Positions 48,301 to 57,286 of a stretch of 64,000 bases of DNA are shown here, one piece after another; positions within the stretch are counted from its first letter, which is position 1, and each line of letters starts with the position of its first letter. Under the pieces are notes generated by a model, which searched no databases, had not been told where the DNA came from, and saw nothing but the letters and a program-made list of their open reading frames with translations. The translations under genes were made by a program, and so were the position numbers. The DNA is from Alistipes sp. (GTDB lineage: Bacteria; Bacteroidota; Bacteroidia; Bacteroidales; Rikenellaceae): positions 5,237-69,236 of the forward strand of contig JAGCMF010000033.1 in NCBI GenBank assembly GCA_017646625.1, written 5' to 3'.

Positions 48301-48420
48301 GAGAGTGAATAAGAAGTGTATTTTGTCGTTACGCTTGCCCTCAAAATGCTCATTTACGCACAGTAAACTCCGCTTTTTCGGGCTTCGCAAGCCTAAAACT
48401 ACATCTTTTTATTCACTCTC
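48301..48420. mobile_element. 120-bp MITE-like element, copy 1
   Basis: TIRs GAGAGTGAATAAGAAGTGTA / TACATCTTTTTATTCACTCTC; 118/120 identical to 60814-60933. Confidence 0.8.
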
Positions 48421-48490
48421 TTATGCTTCATATGAAGGGGATGACTAATTTACATTTTAGTCATCCCCCTCTATTATTATGTGTTGCTCG

Positions 48491-49984
48491 CTACTCCTTC
48501 TCCATGAGTGTGTAGCTTGCGGCACGGCCGTTAGGATAGATGCCATCTATCGACTTCACACTCTCTGTGAGACGTTCCATGTCGTCTATAGAGCTTATCT
48601 GTCTGTCGTTGATGTGAGTGATGATGTAGCTATCCTTTATGCGGCAACGTTCGAGGAGGCCACCAGGGAGCACAGATACAACCTGCACACCACCGCGTAT
48701 ATCGAGCTCACGGCACATCGACGATGGCACATTCTTAAATCTACCGCCGAGGGTCTCTACGACATCCACACTTGGCTTTGAGAGCAGAGATGTGGCTCCC
48801 TCCTTATTCTGGAGTGTCGCCGTGAGGTTCAATGTGTCGTTGCCACGACGTATCTCGAGGGTTATCTCGTCACCAGGTCGGCGCTTGCCTATCTGTTCGA
48901 GGAAGATGGCGCTATCGTTAAGCTCCACGCCACTCACCTTATGAATGATGTCACCCACGCGTACCCCCGCTGCTGCCGCTGCACCACCATCCGCAACAGA
49001 TGCAACATATATGCCTCCGATGTTACTTATGCCAAGCTGTGAGCCCATCTCGTCGATGAACTGCTGGTCAATGTAGCGGAATGAGATGCCGAGGACTGCG
49101 CGCTGCACCATGCCCGACTCCTTAAGGTCTACAACAACCTTGCGCACGATTGTCTCGGGCACGGCGAAGGAGTAGCCGACATAGCTTCCTGTAGATGTCT
49201 TGATGATGGTGTTTATGCCGACGAGCTCACCGCGAGTATTCACAAGTGCGCCTCCCGAGTTACCGGGGTTCACGGCAGCATCTGTCTGTATGAATGACTC
49301 TATGCTACGTGTGCTCTCTATTGCTCCGAGGCTACGTGCCTTGGCAGATACTATGCCGGCAGTGATTGTAGACTGCAGCTCCATGGGATAGCCAATTGCA
49401 AGCACCCACTCGCCGAGGCGTAGGTCGTCAGAGGAGCCGAAGGGCAGGGTAGGCAGACCATCGGCCTCAATCTTTATCAGCGCCACATCTGTCGAGGGGT
49501 CTGTGCCTACAATCGTAGCATCGAAGGCGCGACCATCATATAGCTTCACGCGTAGCCTTGTGGCATTCTCTATTACATGGTTGTTGGTCACGATATATCC
49601 ATCCTCTGATATAATAACGCCCGAGCCACCAGCCATTGCCTCGCGTGAGCCACCGCCGTAGCCTTGTGGGTAGCCGAAGAACTCAAAGAAGGGGTCTCGC
49701 TGTTGTCCTTGACTCATCATTACTGTGGCCTCAATGCTCACCACAGCCTTCACGGCATTCTCTGCCGCGTATGTTAGGTCGGGGTACTCTGCCGCCACCA
49801 CCGAGGCTGCGAAGTGCGCATCGGTAGCGTTATTTTGGCGGAAGGTGCTATCGCAGTCCGCAATGATTACTTCATTGTTGGTGGTTGAGCTGTTATTCAT
49901 GCCCATTGTGAGGAACATTGTTGTTGCACCGGTGATGGCTGATAGCACCACGATGCCGAGGTAGAATAATAGGTTGCGTTTCAT
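48491..49984 (-). CDS. htrA: HtrA/DegQ serine protease (trypsin + PDZ)
   Basis: GSGVII...TNNHV, TDVALIK, TDAAVNPGNSGG. Confidence 0.93.
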   Translation of the reverse strand: MKRNLLFYLGIVVLSAITGATTMFLTMGMNNSSTTNNEVIIADCDSTFRQNNATDAHFAASVVAAEYPDLTYAAENAVKAVVSIEATVMMSQGQQRDPFFEFFGYPQGYGGGSREAMAGGSGVIISEDGYIVTNNHVIENATRLRVKLYDGRAFDATIVGTDPSTDVALIKIEADGLPTLPFGSSDDLRLGEWVLAIGYPMELQSTITAGIVSAKARSLGAIESTRSIESFIQTDAAVNPGNSGGALVNTRGELVGINTIIKTSTGSYVGYSFAVPETIVRKVVVDLKESGMVQRAVLGISFRYIDQQFIDEMGSQLGISNIGGIYVASVADGGAAAAAGVRVGDIIHKVSGVELNDSAIFLEQIGKRRPGDEITLEIRRGNDTLNLTATLQNKEGATSLLSKPSVDVVETLGGRFKNVPSSMCRELDIRGGVQVVSVLPGGLLERCRIKDSYIITHINDRQISSIDDMERLTESVKSIDGIYPNGRAASYTLMEKE

Positions 49985-50155
49985 AACAGTAATTTATTAG
50001 TTAACATGCGGCAACGTCACTCAATAGGCAATACTTCAATTGGTTATACATTGTTTCATCTAACGCAATAACGCCCACGTGGGGCGTTATATTGTGCATG
50101 ATATGCATTTTTATTCACTGCACCACAGTCGTGAATATGTTCCACCTCCCGAGGA

Positions 50156-50461
50156 TTACTCCTCGAGGATGTATACTGTCTCGCCGGGGCGCTGCATATG
50201 GTATGTCTCGCGAGCATACTTCTCCATGAATGCTGGCGAGGTGGTGATGTTGTGTATGAAGATGCTGTCGCTGGCAATCTTATGCTCCAGAGTGGCAATC
50301 TTCCTATCTACATCCTTTCGTGCAGCACGTGTGCGGAACATGTCGCTGATGGTGCTTATAGAGACAATGATGGTGCAGATGGCAATGACGATGGTCAATG
50401 TCATCCAGAAGATGTTGATAAACTTCTGCTTACGTCGCTGCTGCTTCTGCTCCTTTGTCAT
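50156..50461 (-). CDS. ftsB: Septum formation initiator FtsB/DivIC
   Basis: Basic N-terminus, single TM, coiled coil, EKYARETYHMQRPGE. Confidence 0.8.
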   Translation of the reverse strand: MTKEQKQQRRKQKFINIFWMTLTIVIAICTIIVSISTISDMFRTRAARKDVDRKIATLEHKIASDSIFIHNITTSPAFMEKYARETYHMQRPGETVYILEE

Positions 50462-50467
50462 TGCGCG

Positions 50468-51103
50468 CTATGGTATATGCATAAACTTATGTGTCTGAAT
50501 GGAGATGTTCCACGATGGGTTTGCCTTTGTCCACTCCACAATCTCTCCGATAATCTTCTCATATACACTCCACTCGGGCTGTACGTAGAGCAGACACTTA
50601 CGACTCACTTTGCGGCTACACTCCATCGCCCACTCGAGATCCTCGCTTGTCTGTATTATCACCTTAAGCTCGTCGGCACGCAACAGCGCCTCCTCGAGGG
50701 GTGGCATCTGGCGCTTTGGCGATAGGCATATCCAGTCGAACTCGCCGCTTATAGGGTTTGTGCCCGATGTCTCGATGAATATCTCGAGACCGCGGGCGTG
50801 CAGCGCACGTGTCAGGTCACCGAGAGGGTAGAGCAGTGGCTCACCTCCGGTGATCACTATGGCGCGTGCCGAGCATGAGGCGGCACGTTCTACGATGGTC
50901 TCTATATCTGTTGGAGGGAAGACCTTGGGATTCCATGTATATTTGGCATCACACCAGCGGCATCCCACATCACAGCCACCAAGGCGTATGAAGTAAGCGG
51001 GCTTGCCAGAGTGGTAACCCTCACCTTGTATCGTGTAGAAGTCCTCGACGAGGGGTAGCTTTCTACCACCCTCGAGGAGCTCCAAGTCGGGATTAATCTT
51101 CAT
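50468..51103 (-). CDS. queE: 7-carboxy-7-deazaguanine synthase
   Basis: FYTIQGEG, GGCDVGCRWCD, TGGEP, QTHK. Confidence 0.93.
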   Translation of the reverse strand: MKINPDLELLEGGRKLPLVEDFYTIQGEGYHSGKPAYFIRLGGCDVGCRWCDAKYTWNPKVFPPTDIETIVERAASCSARAIVITGGEPLLYPLGDLTRALHARGLEIFIETSGTNPISGEFDWICLSPKRQMPPLEEALLRADELKVIIQTSEDLEWAMECSRKVSRKCLLYVQPEWSVYEKIIGEIVEWTKANPSWNISIQTHKFMHIP

Positions 51104-51635
51104 CTAAAACGTATATATCCTTAAGGTTACGACCTATCTGGTTGTAGTCGAGGCCATAGCCCACGATGAACTCGTTGCCTATAGGCATCGCCACATAGTC
51201 TATTTTATACTCGTATAGGAACTTATCGGGCTTGAAGAAGAGAGTGCAGATGCTCACACTCGCTGGGTTACGTGCGTTGAGATAGTCCAATAGGTAGTTC
51301 ATGCTATGACCTGTCTCTACAATATCCTCCACGATGATAATATCCTTACCCTCGATGTCGAAGTCGATGCCGAGCTGCTGCTTGATAGTGCCTGTGGACT
51401 GCGTACCCTCGTATGATGATATCTTCACGAAGGCGAGGCGGCTGTCGAAGGTCGTCTTGCGTACAAGGTCACTCAAGAAGAGGAAGGCACCACTCAATAC
51501 ACCGAGGAATATAGGGGTCTTGCCCGCATATCTCTCGTTAAGCTGGTTAGCAACGCGCTGTACGGCCTCGTCTATCTCCTCTGCAGGAATCATTGTTTTG
51601 AATCTACGATCCAATAGTTGTATTTTCTCTGCCAT
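51093..51635 (-). CDS. hpt: Hypoxanthine phosphoribosyltransferase
   Basis: VLSGAFLF, IIVEDIVETG, FIVGYGLD; start moved to MAEKIQ. Confidence 0.93.
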   Translation of the reverse strand: MAEKIQLLDRRFKTMIPAEEIDEAVQRVANQLNERYAGKTPIFLGVLSGAFLFLSDLVRKTTFDSRLAFVKISSYEGTQSTGTIKQQLGIDFDIEGKDIIIVEDIVETGHSMNYLLDYLNARNPASVSICTLFFKPDKFLYEYKIDYVAMPIGNEFIVGYGLDYNQIGRNLKDIYVLDED

Positions 51636-51685
51636 GGCATTTAAAATTTCACCAAAGTTACACAATTTATTAATATCATCCAAAC

Positions 51686-52867
51686 TTATTGGGTCCTTAC
51701 TCTATCGAGAATGCCTGTGAGGGCGGCGAGTATTACGCCATAGTTTGTTATCGCCACACCCTGCTTACGGGCACGTTCCACACGACTCAACACATGTTTG
51801 CGGTTAAACATGCAGGCACCACAGTGTATGACAAGGTCATAGGGGGTGAGGTCCTCGGGGTAGTCGGCGCCACCCACAATGTCTATATGTAGTCCCTCGC
51901 CAAACCTCTTACGTAGTATGCGTGGTAGCTTGACACGTCCTATATCCTCATTCTGTGGTGTGTGTGTACACGCCTCGGCGATGAGTATCCTTGAGCTCTC
52001 GGTGATGTTGCGTAGCGCCTTAACGCCCTCGGTGAAGAGTGCTATGTCACCCTTGTATCGCGCAAAGAGTATCGAGAAGGATGTGAGTACCGACGCCTCG
52101 GGCTTGAGACGGTATACATCCTCAAATGCTTGTGAGTCGGTTATTATGAGCTGTGGTGGTGATGCCAATGTTGCCAACGCCTCGGCCATGCGGTCGGGTG
52201 TGCAGCATAGCGGCATGCAACCACGGTCCAGAAGCTCGCGTATGGTCTGTACCTGTGGCTGTATGAGGCGACCCTTGGGTGCCGCCTTATCCTGTGGCAT
52301 GACAAGAAGCACCGTGTCGCCCGCCTTGCAGAAGCCCTCGGTGATGAGCCTCTCATCTGCAGGTCGGCATGCTATGATAGCCTCACGCAGCGCCTCCATG
52401 CCCTGGCCTGTCGCAGCACTTATGGCTATAACTTTACCCTCGGTAAGGGCTTCAACCTGGGCTACGATGGCGTCATAGTTGGCTATTCTATCTATGTGTG
52501 CCACGGCAACAACCGTGGGTATCTCCCTTATGCGGCACTCTGCCAGAATGTTCATCTCGGCATCAGTGCCCTCGTCGGTGAAGAGCACAACGGCGATGTC
52601 CGTCTTGTCGAGCATCTTCGCTGTGCGTGCCATGCGTGCGCTGCCCAGCTCTGTGCTATCGTCGAGACCTGGGGTGTCGATGATGACAGCGGCGCCGAGG
52701 CCATTTAGCTCCATGGGCTTCTGCACAGGGTCTGTCGTCGTGCCCGCAACGTCGGAGACGATAGAGACCTCCTGACCCGTAAGGCGATTTACGAGTGTCG
52801 ACTTGCCGGCATTACAGCGCCCGAAGATGGCTATGTGTATACGTTCCGATGTAGGTGTTGTCTGCAT
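51686..52867 (-). CDS. hydF: [FeFe]-hydrogenase maturation GTPase HydF
   Basis: GRCNAGKS, DTPG, APKGRLI, ACTH...EDIG, HCGACM. Confidence 0.95.
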   Translation of the reverse strand: MQTTPTSERIHIAIFGRCNAGKSTLVNRLTGQEVSIVSDVAGTTTDPVQKPMELNGLGAAVIIDTPGLDDSTELGSARMARTAKMLDKTDIAVVLFTDEGTDAEMNILAECRIREIPTVVAVAHIDRIANYDAIVAQVEALTEGKVIAISAATGQGMEALREAIIACRPADERLITEGFCKAGDTVLLVMPQDKAAPKGRLIQPQVQTIRELLDRGCMPLCCTPDRMAEALATLASPPQLIITDSQAFEDVYRLKPEASVLTSFSILFARYKGDIALFTEGVKALRNITESSRILIAEACTHTPQNEDIGRVKLPRILRKRFGEGLHIDIVGGADYPEDLTPYDLVIHCGACMFNRKHVLSRVERARKQGVAITNYGVILAALTGILDRVRTQ

Positions 52868-52878
52868 AGCCTGTAGCT

Positions 52879-54309
52879 TTAGAAACGGAAGTCACGCTTA
52901 CCCTCAAGTATAGCCTTGAGGTTATCCTCTGTTATGCGGCGCACCTTGTCTGAAGGTATCACCTGCTTGAGTCTATCTATCATCTTGAAGCCCTCGACCT
53001 TAACCTTTGGTGAGGCGTAGTCCTCGAGGTACTCGGCAAGTGTCATGAGTGCGTTCGGTGCGCAGCAGTTGCCTATGAGGCCACGCTTTGCCAGCGACAT
53101 GAAGCGGTCACCTGTGCGGCCCTCACGGTAGCAGGCGGTGCAGAAGCTTGGTATGTAGCCCAACTCAAGTAGCCAACCGACAATCTCATCGAGGGTACGT
53201 TCGTCGGAGATGTCGAACTGCGCCGACTCCTCGGCATCTACTATGCCCTCGGCATATCCACCCACGCTTGTCTTCGATCCGCCACTGAGCTGCGACACGC
53301 CCACGTCGAGCACCAACTCGCGGCAGCTCTTCGACTCACGTGTAGATACAATCATACCTGTGTATGGTGCTGCTATGCGCAATACGGCAACGATGCGACG
53401 GAATACCTCGTCGGTGACGGCATCTGGGAAGTCCTTGGGGTCTATGTCGTCAGCGGGGCGTATGCGAGGCACACTTATGGTGTGTGGTCCTACGCCGAAG
53501 CGAGCCTCGAGGTGCTCGGCATGCATGAGTATGCCCACAACATCGTAGCGGTAGTTAGATAGTCCGAAGAGAGCACCTACGCCCACGTCGTCTATGCCTC
53601 CGAGCATTGCTCGGTCCATAGCCTCGGTGTGGTACGCCCAGTCACTCTTTGGGCCTGTTGGGTGTAGACGTTCATATGCCTCACGGTCGTATGTCTCCTC
53701 GAAGAGGATGTATGTGCCTATGCCCGCATCCTTCAGTCGTGTGTAGTTCTCCACAGTTGTTGCGGCGATATTTACGTTCACACGACGTATAGCGCCATTC
53801 TTGTGGTGTATGGAGTATATTGTGTCTATAGACTCCAGCACATACTCTATAGGGCTCAACTTGGGGTGCTCACCCGTCTCGAGGGCGAGGCGCTTGTGTC
53901 CCATATCCTGGAGGGCTATCACCTCACGACGTATCTCCTCCTGTGTGAGCTTACGGCGAGGTATTGTCTTGTTCTTTGCGTGGTATGGGCAGTATACGCA
54001 ACCATTCACGCAGTGGTTGGATAGATATAGTGGTGCGAACATCACTATGCGGTTGCCATATATGCGGTCTTTGAGTTTTCGCGCAATGGCATATATGCGG
54101 TCCTCAATCTCCTTATCCTGCACCTCTATCAGCACGGCAGCCTCGCGGTGTGTTATGCCCTTACCCTCCTCTGCCTTTACGAGTATCTCCTCGATAAGTG
54201 CACGGTCGTTGCGGTGCTCGCGGGCATACTCCAGCGTTGCGCGTATCTCGCCATCGTGGATAAACTCGGCGGCATGCTCCGACTTTACGTTATATTCTAT
54301 ATTGCTCAT
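52879..54309 (-). CDS. hydG: [FeFe]-hydrogenase maturase HydG
   Basis: APLYLSNHCVNGCVYC; C-terminal FCTACY...NCC second cluster motif. Confidence 0.95.
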   Translation of the reverse strand: MSNIEYNVKSEHAAEFIHDGEIRATLEYAREHRNDRALIEEILVKAEEGKGITHREAAVLIEVQDKEIEDRIYAIARKLKDRIYGNRIVMFAPLYLSNHCVNGCVYCPYHAKNKTIPRRKLTQEEIRREVIALQDMGHKRLALETGEHPKLSPIEYVLESIDTIYSIHHKNGAIRRVNVNIAATTVENYTRLKDAGIGTYILFEETYDREAYERLHPTGPKSDWAYHTEAMDRAMLGGIDDVGVGALFGLSNYRYDVVGILMHAEHLEARFGVGPHTISVPRIRPADDIDPKDFPDAVTDEVFRRIVAVLRIAAPYTGMIVSTRESKSCRELVLDVGVSQLSGGSKTSVGGYAEGIVDAEESAQFDISDERTLDEIVGWLLELGYIPSFCTACYREGRTGDRFMSLAKRGLIGNCCAPNALMTLAEYLEDYASPKVKVEGFKMIDRLKQVIPSDKVRRITEDNLKAILEGKRDFRF

Positions 54310-54311
54310 TG

Positions 54312-55364
54312 TTATAGTTTTAGGTTATTATGGTCACCTCGCGAGTAGTCTATGTGGTAGCCTATGGTCTTTAGCTCGGCATCGAGTGCTGCGAGTCCTT
54401 CGGCCGCCTCCTTGCCCCACGAGGCCTTATTCTCGTATATTGCATATTTAGCCCTCACGTCCGATGGTGATAGGTTGGGCATCACCACGTTTGCTCCCGA
54501 GAGTATTCCCTCGAGACGACCTCGGGGTGTTAGTGTCGCCAGGGCTGTTGTTGCTGGTATCAGCGCCTCGGGGAGCATGAGGCGCACTATGGCCACCGTT
54601 GCCAGCGTTAGGTTTAGGTCGCCGGCGGGCTCATTACCCAGAGGTGTCGCCTTGTGTGGCAGGAAGGGGCCTATGCCCACCATCTCGGGCTTCATCTTCT
54701 CTATGAGCTTCAGGTCCTCCACGATGTTATCTAATGTCTGGCCCTTCACTCCTATCATCATTCCCATTCCTACCTGATATCCTGTGCGCTTAAGTGCCTC
54801 GAGGCAGCCTATGCGATGCTGTAGACCACGCCCTGCGGGGTGCAGTGCGTCGTATAGTGCGTCGTTGGCTGTCTCATGGCGCAGCAGATAGCGGTTAGCA
54901 CCTGCGCGCTTAAGTCGTATGTATGACTCCTCGCTGCGTTCGCCCAGCGAGAGTGTTATCGCCACATCGGGGTAGCTGCTGCGCATCCTACATAGCAACT
55001 CTTCGAGCCATGCATCGGAGTGCGTTCCATCCTCGCCACCCTGTAGCACAAATGTTCTAAAGCCGAGGGCATATCCCTCTTTGCAGCACGCCATCACCTC
55101 CTCCTGTGTGAGCCTATATCTCTCGGCTGTACGGTTGCTGCGTCGCAGGCCACAATATAGGCAGTCGCAGCGGCAGAAGCTCGACAGCTCTATTAGGCCA
55201 CGTATATATATGCCGAGTCCGAACTGCTGTTGGGCAGTTCGGACGGCACAATCGCGGAGTTGTTGAAGCACGTGTGTGTCCGTTGTGCAACTACGAAGTA
55301 GCGCACTCAGGCTCTTGGTGTCGAGCCTGTTGTCAACGGCCAACTGCTCAACTAACTCTCTCAT
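54312..55364 (-). CDS. hydE: [FeFe]-hydrogenase maturase HydE
   Basis: RGLIELSSFCRCDCLYCG, YLLRHET, GANVVMPN. Confidence 0.93.
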   Translation of the reverse strand: MRELVEQLAVDNRLDTKSLSALLRSCTTDTHVLQQLRDCAVRTAQQQFGLGIYIRGLIELSSFCRCDCLYCGLRRSNRTAERYRLTQEEVMACCKEGYALGFRTFVLQGGEDGTHSDAWLEELLCRMRSSYPDVAITLSLGERSEESYIRLKRAGANRYLLRHETANDALYDALHPAGRGLQHRIGCLEALKRTGYQVGMGMMIGVKGQTLDNIVEDLKLIEKMKPEMVGIGPFLPHKATPLGNEPAGDLNLTLATVAIVRLMLPEALIPATTALATLTPRGRLEGILSGANVVMPNLSPSDVRAKYAIYENKASWGKEAAEGLAALDAELKTIGYHIDYSRGDHNNLKL

Positions 55365-55365
55365 A

Positions 55366-56814
55366 TTATCTCTTCTTCAACTCTGCGTCGAAGGTCTTCT
55401 TACCATCGCCGTAAGCGGTGTGAACACTTGGGCCCGAGATACAACCGCCATCGCAGACCATCACCTCGATGAACTGTGCGGGAGCCTTACCTGTCTTGCC
55501 GTAAGCCTTCAGGAGGGCTACGTTCTTCTTGTTGAGGCCCGCAATCTGCAATGTTGTGAAGTCTATCTTGCCGTTTACAAGCTCCTTCACGGCAGCCGTA
55601 ACACCACCATTCTCTGCAAAGCCGTGTGCTGAACGACGTGATGCGCACTCTACAGGGTGTACGTTAGCCTCGCCGAGCTCGATGTTCATACCACCGAGGA
55701 TAGCGTGTACCTCCTCGTATGTGAGCACGAAGTCAACCTTACCCTTTAGATCCTCACGACGCACCTCCTTACGCTTTGCGATACATGGACCTACGAATAC
55801 GAGCTTCGCATTAGGATACTTCTCGCGCGCTATGTCGGCAGTGTATATCATTGGTGAGTATGTTGTAGATATGTACTTCTGCAACTCTGGGGCGTGCTTG
55901 CGTGCCATCTCCATGTATGATGGACAGCATGATGTGGTCATGAATGCCTGACCCTCCTCCATCTTCTCTGCAAACTCGTGTGTCTCCTTCTCTGTTGTCA
56001 CCTCTGCACCACGTGCCACCTCAATAACGTCAGTGAAGCCAATAGCCTTGATAGCGCCATATACCTGCTCTGTAGGTACGTTGTACTGCGAGAGTATTGA
56101 TGGGGCAACCATAGCTACAACCTCCTCGCCACGACGTATAGACTCGAGGATGTCGAATACCTGCGATATCTCGAATATAGCGCCGAAAGGACAGGCGTTC
56201 ATACACTTACCGCAGTATATACACTTCGACTCGTCGATGTGCTCTACGCCATACTCGTCCTTCGATATAGCACCTACAGGACACGCCTCCTCGCAAGGTA
56301 CGGGTATGTATACGATAGCGTGGTAAGGACACGCTGCGAAGCACTTACCGCAGCTTATACACTCCTTGTGGTTAATCTTACCCTGTGATGTGTCTGGGTC
56401 GAACTCTATGGCATTCTTTGGACAAGCATGCTCGCAGGCACGTGCCACACAGCCGCGACAAAGGTTTGTGATGTCGTAGTTTGTGCGAACACATGATGAG
56501 CAGGCCTCATCAATCACACACATGATGTTGTCCTTAATGGCCTTGCGGTCGAGAGCCATTTTAGCATAGTCCGAGAGTGGTGTTAGCTCATCCTTCTCGT
56601 CGGTCATGTCATATCCGAGTAGAGGTAGTGACTTATACTTCCATACTGCACGTTCTTTGTGGATGCAGCATCGGCCACGCACCTGTGAATTTCGGGGACT
56701 GAACTCTATGGGCACTCTGTCGATTTTCTCTACGAGCTGGCCCTCATTCCAGAGGCTCACAAGTTTAGTGAGAAGTCTCTGGCGCACGATCATTACGTTA
56801 TTTTTAATTGCCAT
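55366..56814 (-). CDS. hydA: Monomeric [FeFe]-hydrogenase with ferredoxin-like domains (group B-like)
   Basis: H-cluster motifs TSCCPSY, GPCIAKRKE, EVMVCDGGCISG; several CxxCxxCxxxCP motifs. Confidence 0.9.
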   Translation of the reverse strand: MAIKNNVMIVRQRLLTKLVSLWNEGQLVEKIDRVPIEFSPRNSQVRGRCCIHKERAVWKYKSLPLLGYDMTDEKDELTPLSDYAKMALDRKAIKDNIMCVIDEACSSCVRTNYDITNLCRGCVARACEHACPKNAIEFDPDTSQGKINHKECISCGKCFAACPYHAIVYIPVPCEEACPVGAISKDEYGVEHIDESKCIYCGKCMNACPFGAIFEISQVFDILESIRRGEEVVAMVAPSILSQYNVPTEQVYGAIKAIGFTDVIEVARGAEVTTEKETHEFAEKMEEGQAFMTTSCCPSYMEMARKHAPELQKYISTTYSPMIYTADIAREKYPNAKLVFVGPCIAKRKEVRREDLKGKVDFVLTYEEVHAILGGMNIELGEANVHPVECASRRSAHGFAENGGVTAAVKELVNGKIDFTTLQIAGLNKKNVALLKAYGKTGKAPAQFIEVMVCDGGCISGPSVHTAYGDGKKTFDAELKKR

Positions 56815-56960
56815 ACGTTAAAAGTTGGGTGTTTCAATTGAGCAAAGGTAATAAATTTTATGCTAAAGATACAAATTTATCGCCTATTTTTCTCTACGCT
56901 ATGCACTTTTGTATGCTTTGTGGTCATTTTTGCGGAGCATATTTCGCCAATTTTTTTAAA

Positions 56961-57100
56961 GACAAGGGTCATAAAAGGGCAGAAGGGTTAGAGAGACAAA
57001 GAGACAACGCATTACCTTTTATGCCCTTTGGTGCCCGATAATGAATGGGTTGCAAGGGGCAGAAGGGGCAGAAAGGGCAGAAGGGTTATAGAGACAGAAA
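56961..57100 (-). repeat. Inverted copy of the modular repeat (core 57002-57045) with linker modules
   Basis: Reverse complement TTCATTATCGGGCACCAAAGGGCATAAAAGGTAATGCGTTGTCT. Confidence 0.85.
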
Positions 57101-57106
57101 GCGCAT

Positions 57107-57224
57107 CGCCCTCCAAGCACCGCGCCCTCCAAGCACAGCGCCCTCAAAAGCACCATAATCGTCATTGCGAGGCTTGGCACAAGCCGTGGCAATCTCCTCT
57201 CAAGCACCGCGCCCTCCCAAGCGC
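57107..57224. repeat. ~16-bp tandem units (CGCGCCCTCCAAGCAC) interrupted by a REP-like hairpin at 57161-57196
   Basis: Three units before and two degenerate units after GTCATTGCGAGGCTTG-GCA-CAAGCCGTGGCAATCTC. Confidence 0.8.
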
Positions 57225-57230
57225 AATAAC

Positions 57231-57264
57231 AAAAAAAATGCGCCCGACCTTTCGGCCAGGCGCA
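57231..57264 (-). terminator. Terminator of the second DUF6562-like gene
   Basis: A8 then TGCGCC-loop-GGCGCA. Confidence 0.7.
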
Positions 57265-57286
57265 AAGTGTAAAGAAGAGAGTTTAC

